DNA from: an uncultured SAR86 cluster bacterium | GTDB lineage: Bacteria; Pseudomonadota; Gammaproteobacteria; Magnimaribacterales; AG-339-G14 | Direction of reading: 5' to 3' | DNA length: 64,000 bases | NCBI GenBank assembly: GCA_902587545.1 | Contig: CACILL010000001.1 | Coordinates: 396,022 to 460,021 of the forward strand | Shown: one piece after another, positions 61,421-64,000 of the stretch | Position numbering within the stretch: position 1 is the first letter of the stretch | Layout: each line of letters opens with the position of its first letter | Program-made: the position numbers and the translations under genes | Notes under the pieces: generated by a model | Told to the model about the DNA's origin: nothing | The model's input: the letters and a program-made list of their open reading frames with translations, nothing else | The model's database searches: none

Positions 61421-62766
61421 TATTTTTTCTTTATATTCCTTTGTCTTGATCTGCCCAGGGCCAGTCTTTCAGCTGGTACGTCGCTCGTAACAACCGAGCC
61501 AGCACCAATCATACTATTTTGTCCGATTTTTATAGGAGCAATCAAAGAGCTGTTGGAGCCAATAAAAGCGCCTTTACCCACTTTAGTTTTGTTTTTATTT
61601 TTACCGTCGTAATTTACAAAAATAGTCCCCGCTCCAACATTAACATTTTCTGCAACTTGGCCATCGCCAATATAAGCCAAGTGCTTGGCTTTTGTGCCTT
61701 TGCCAATTTTGCTGCGTTTTACTTCAACAAAGTTTCCAATCTCAGAACTTTCTTCAAGGTGAGCATCGGGTCCGATGTGCGCATATGGGCCGGCAGTGAC
61801 GTTTTTTTCTAATATTGCATTTTCAATGAAAGTGTAAGGTTCAATTCTTGAGCCGTCGCCTATCTTGGAATTTCGTATAATCACGCCTGGGCCAATGATG
61901 ACGTTTTTTCCAATTTCGACCTTTCCTTCAAATACACAATTGATATCTATACTGCTGCCTTTTTGAATTTTGACCTCGCCTCTAAAATCCACTCTGGCCG
62001 GATCAAAGATAATCACTCCTTTTTTTGAAAACTCCTTGGCTTTCAACAGTTGATAGTTTCGCTCGAGCTGATTGAGCTCTTCTAAATTGTTTGCTCCCAA
62101 AACTTCCTCCTTGCTATCTAGTTTGACAGCTTTTACAGGTATTTTGTTCTCATTTGCTAAGCTTACAATATCGGTTAAATAATATTCTTTTGCTGCATTT
62201 TTATTTTTCAAGCCCTTAAGAAGCTCTTCAAGCTTATTTGAAGCAACTGCCATAATTCCAGAATTTACTTCAGTGATTTTCTTTTGTTCTGTTGTTGCGT
62301 CTTTCTCTTCAACAATTCCAACTACCTTGCCTCTGGGACTTCTGATAATTCTGCCATAGCCTTTTGGTGTTTCTTGCTCAAATGAAAGGAGGGCGAGACT
62401 GCTTTTTCCAGCTGCCTTTACTAAGTTGTTCATCGTAGAGCTTTTCACTAATGGAACATCGCCATAAAGAATAAGCGCTATCGATCCAGCTCTTAAGCCT
62501 CTTAAAGATTGTTTTACCGCGTGTCCTGTGCCCAATTGTTTTGCTTGTTTGGACCATTTGCTGTTTTTAGGAGCAGATACAGAAGCTTTTACCAAAGAGG
62601 CCTGATCGCCAACAACAATGTGAAGTTGACAACTTTTTAATTCGAGAGAAGTATCTAAAACATGCTGCAGCAAAGCTTTTCTGGCAACTTGTTGCAATAC
62701 TTTTGGCGAGTCGGATTGCATTCTCTTGCCTTTGCCAGCAGCTAAAATAATTGCGTCGATTTTCAT
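61420..62766 (-). CDS. glmU: Bifunctional UDP-N-acetylglucosamine pyrophosphorylase / glucosamine-1-phosphate N-acetyltransferase
   Basis: It has the N-terminal LAAGKGKRM motif and a C-terminal left-handed beta-helix of hexapeptide repeats. Its TAATG junction overlaps glmS. Confidence 0.95.
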   Translation of the reverse strand: MKIDAIILAAGKGKRMQSDSPKVLQQVARKALLQHVLDTSLELKSCQLHIVVGDQASLVKASVSAPKNSKWSKQAKQLGTGHAVKQSLRGLRAGSIALILYGDVPLVKSSTMNNLVKAAGKSSLALLSFEQETPKGYGRIIRSPRGKVVGIVEEKDATTEQKKITEVNSGIMAVASNKLEELLKGLKNKNAAKEYYLTDIVSLANENKIPVKAVKLDSKEEVLGANNLEELNQLERNYQLLKAKEFSKKGVIIFDPARVDFRGEVKIQKGSSIDINCVFEGKVEIGKNVIIGPGVIIRNSKIGDGSRIEPYTFIENAILEKNVTAGPYAHIGPDAHLEESSEIGNFVEVKRSKIGKGTKAKHLAYIGDGQVAENVNVGAGTIFVNYDGKNKNKTKVGKGAFIGSNSSLIAPIKIGQNSMIGAGSVVTSDVPAERLALGRSRQRNIKKK

Positions 62767-62813
62767 GAACAGCCCAGATTAGAGCGTATTCTAGATTTTT
62801 AAGGAGCTTTTGA

Positions 62814-63227
62814 CTATTTCTTTCGCATTTTGCGAAGCGTTTGCAATCTTGCAGCAACTTCTGCAAGTTCAGCTTTGGCTTTGGAAAAATCTACATCCGA
62901 ACTGGCATTATCTCTTGCCCTTTCTGCTAACTCTCTAGCTCTCTCAGCTTCTGCCTCATCAATATCTTCGGCTCTTTCTGCAACATCTGAAAGCAAGGTA
63001 ACTGCATCTGGCTGAACTTCGATGAACCCACCAGACAGAAAAAATACTTTTTCTTCGCCGCCCTCTAAAATTACCTTCACCGGACCTGCTTTGATACCTG
63101 TGAGAAGTTGCGAGTGTCCTGGTGTTATGCCGAGTTCTCCTAAGGTTCCAGTTGCAACCACCATTTCAACTTGGCCAGAAAAAATTTCCGACTCAGCGCT
63201 TACGATGTTGCAAAGAATTGTCGACAT
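62814..63227 (-). CDS. atpC: F0F1 ATP synthase epsilon subunit
   Basis: It is 137 aa, has the GELGITPGH motif, and lies directly downstream of atpD. Confidence 0.9.
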   Translation of the reverse strand: MSTILCNIVSAESEIFSGQVEMVVATGTLGELGITPGHSQLLTGIKAGPVKVILEGGEEKVFFLSGGFIEVQPDAVTLLSDVAERAEDIDEAEAERARELAERARDNASSDVDFSKAKAELAEVAARLQTLRKMRKK

Positions 63228-63229
63228 GC

Positions 63230-64000
<771 letters not shown>

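Noticed and set aside
62567-62866. A 99-aa minus-strand ORF spanning the glmU 5' end and the atpC-glmU spacer.
   Set aside because: It is out of frame with, and largely inside, the well-supported glmU gene, and it shows no recognisable motifs.

Overview
This is an AT-rich, very gene-dense chromosomal segment: about 78 credible protein genes, spacers mostly under 100 nt, and many start/stop overlaps. It uses the standard genetic code. I found no rRNA, tRNA, CRISPR array, transposase, integrase or prophage genes. All calls below rest on motif reading by eye; no database or HMM search was possible.

The two ends are conserved gammaproteobacterial core. The left end carries metX-metW-rdgB / trmB-thiG-thiS-rpoH-cysQ, which as I recall matches the Pseudomonas-type gene order. 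The right end carries atpD-atpC-glmU-glmS. This fits a streamlined marine gammaproteobacterium, which is an inference rather than something the sequence proves.

The interior mixes several kinds of genes:
- Housekeeping: uvrD, nadB, rlmN, pssA, psd.
- A TRAP transporter.
- Long co-directional runs of oxidative and detoxification enzymes: a Baeyer-Villiger monooxygenase, two fatty-acid hydroxylase paralogs, two MAPEG proteins, a TauD-family dioxygenase, a Rieske oxygenase, a GMC oxidoreductase, an amidase, GST and others.
- Many small membrane or secreted proteins.

The best candidates for something undescribed are:
1. A two-component / c-di-GMP locus at 17273-23648. A hybrid kinase with two receiver domains and no Hpt domain converges on an operon encoding a TM protein, an EAL enzyme, a protein with an H-box (DHp) but no ATPase fused to REC-GGDEF, and a stand-alone receiver.
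2. A tight three-gene operon made entirely of uncharacterised families (Nmad3-like, DUF4149-like, DUF2237) at 36854-38412, abutting a cryptochrome/photolyase homolog.
3. An Ogt/MGMT-type methyltransferase gene at 45423-45709. Its ATGA-coupled start codon is out of frame with its PCHR catalytic domain, and an A7 run lies at the junction.

Smaller oddities are listed under findings. They include unannotated mini-ORFs, an MBL-fold protein with degenerate metal ligands, orphan (ORFan) lipoproteins at the attTn7-equivalent site downstream of glmS, and a repeated leader motif.
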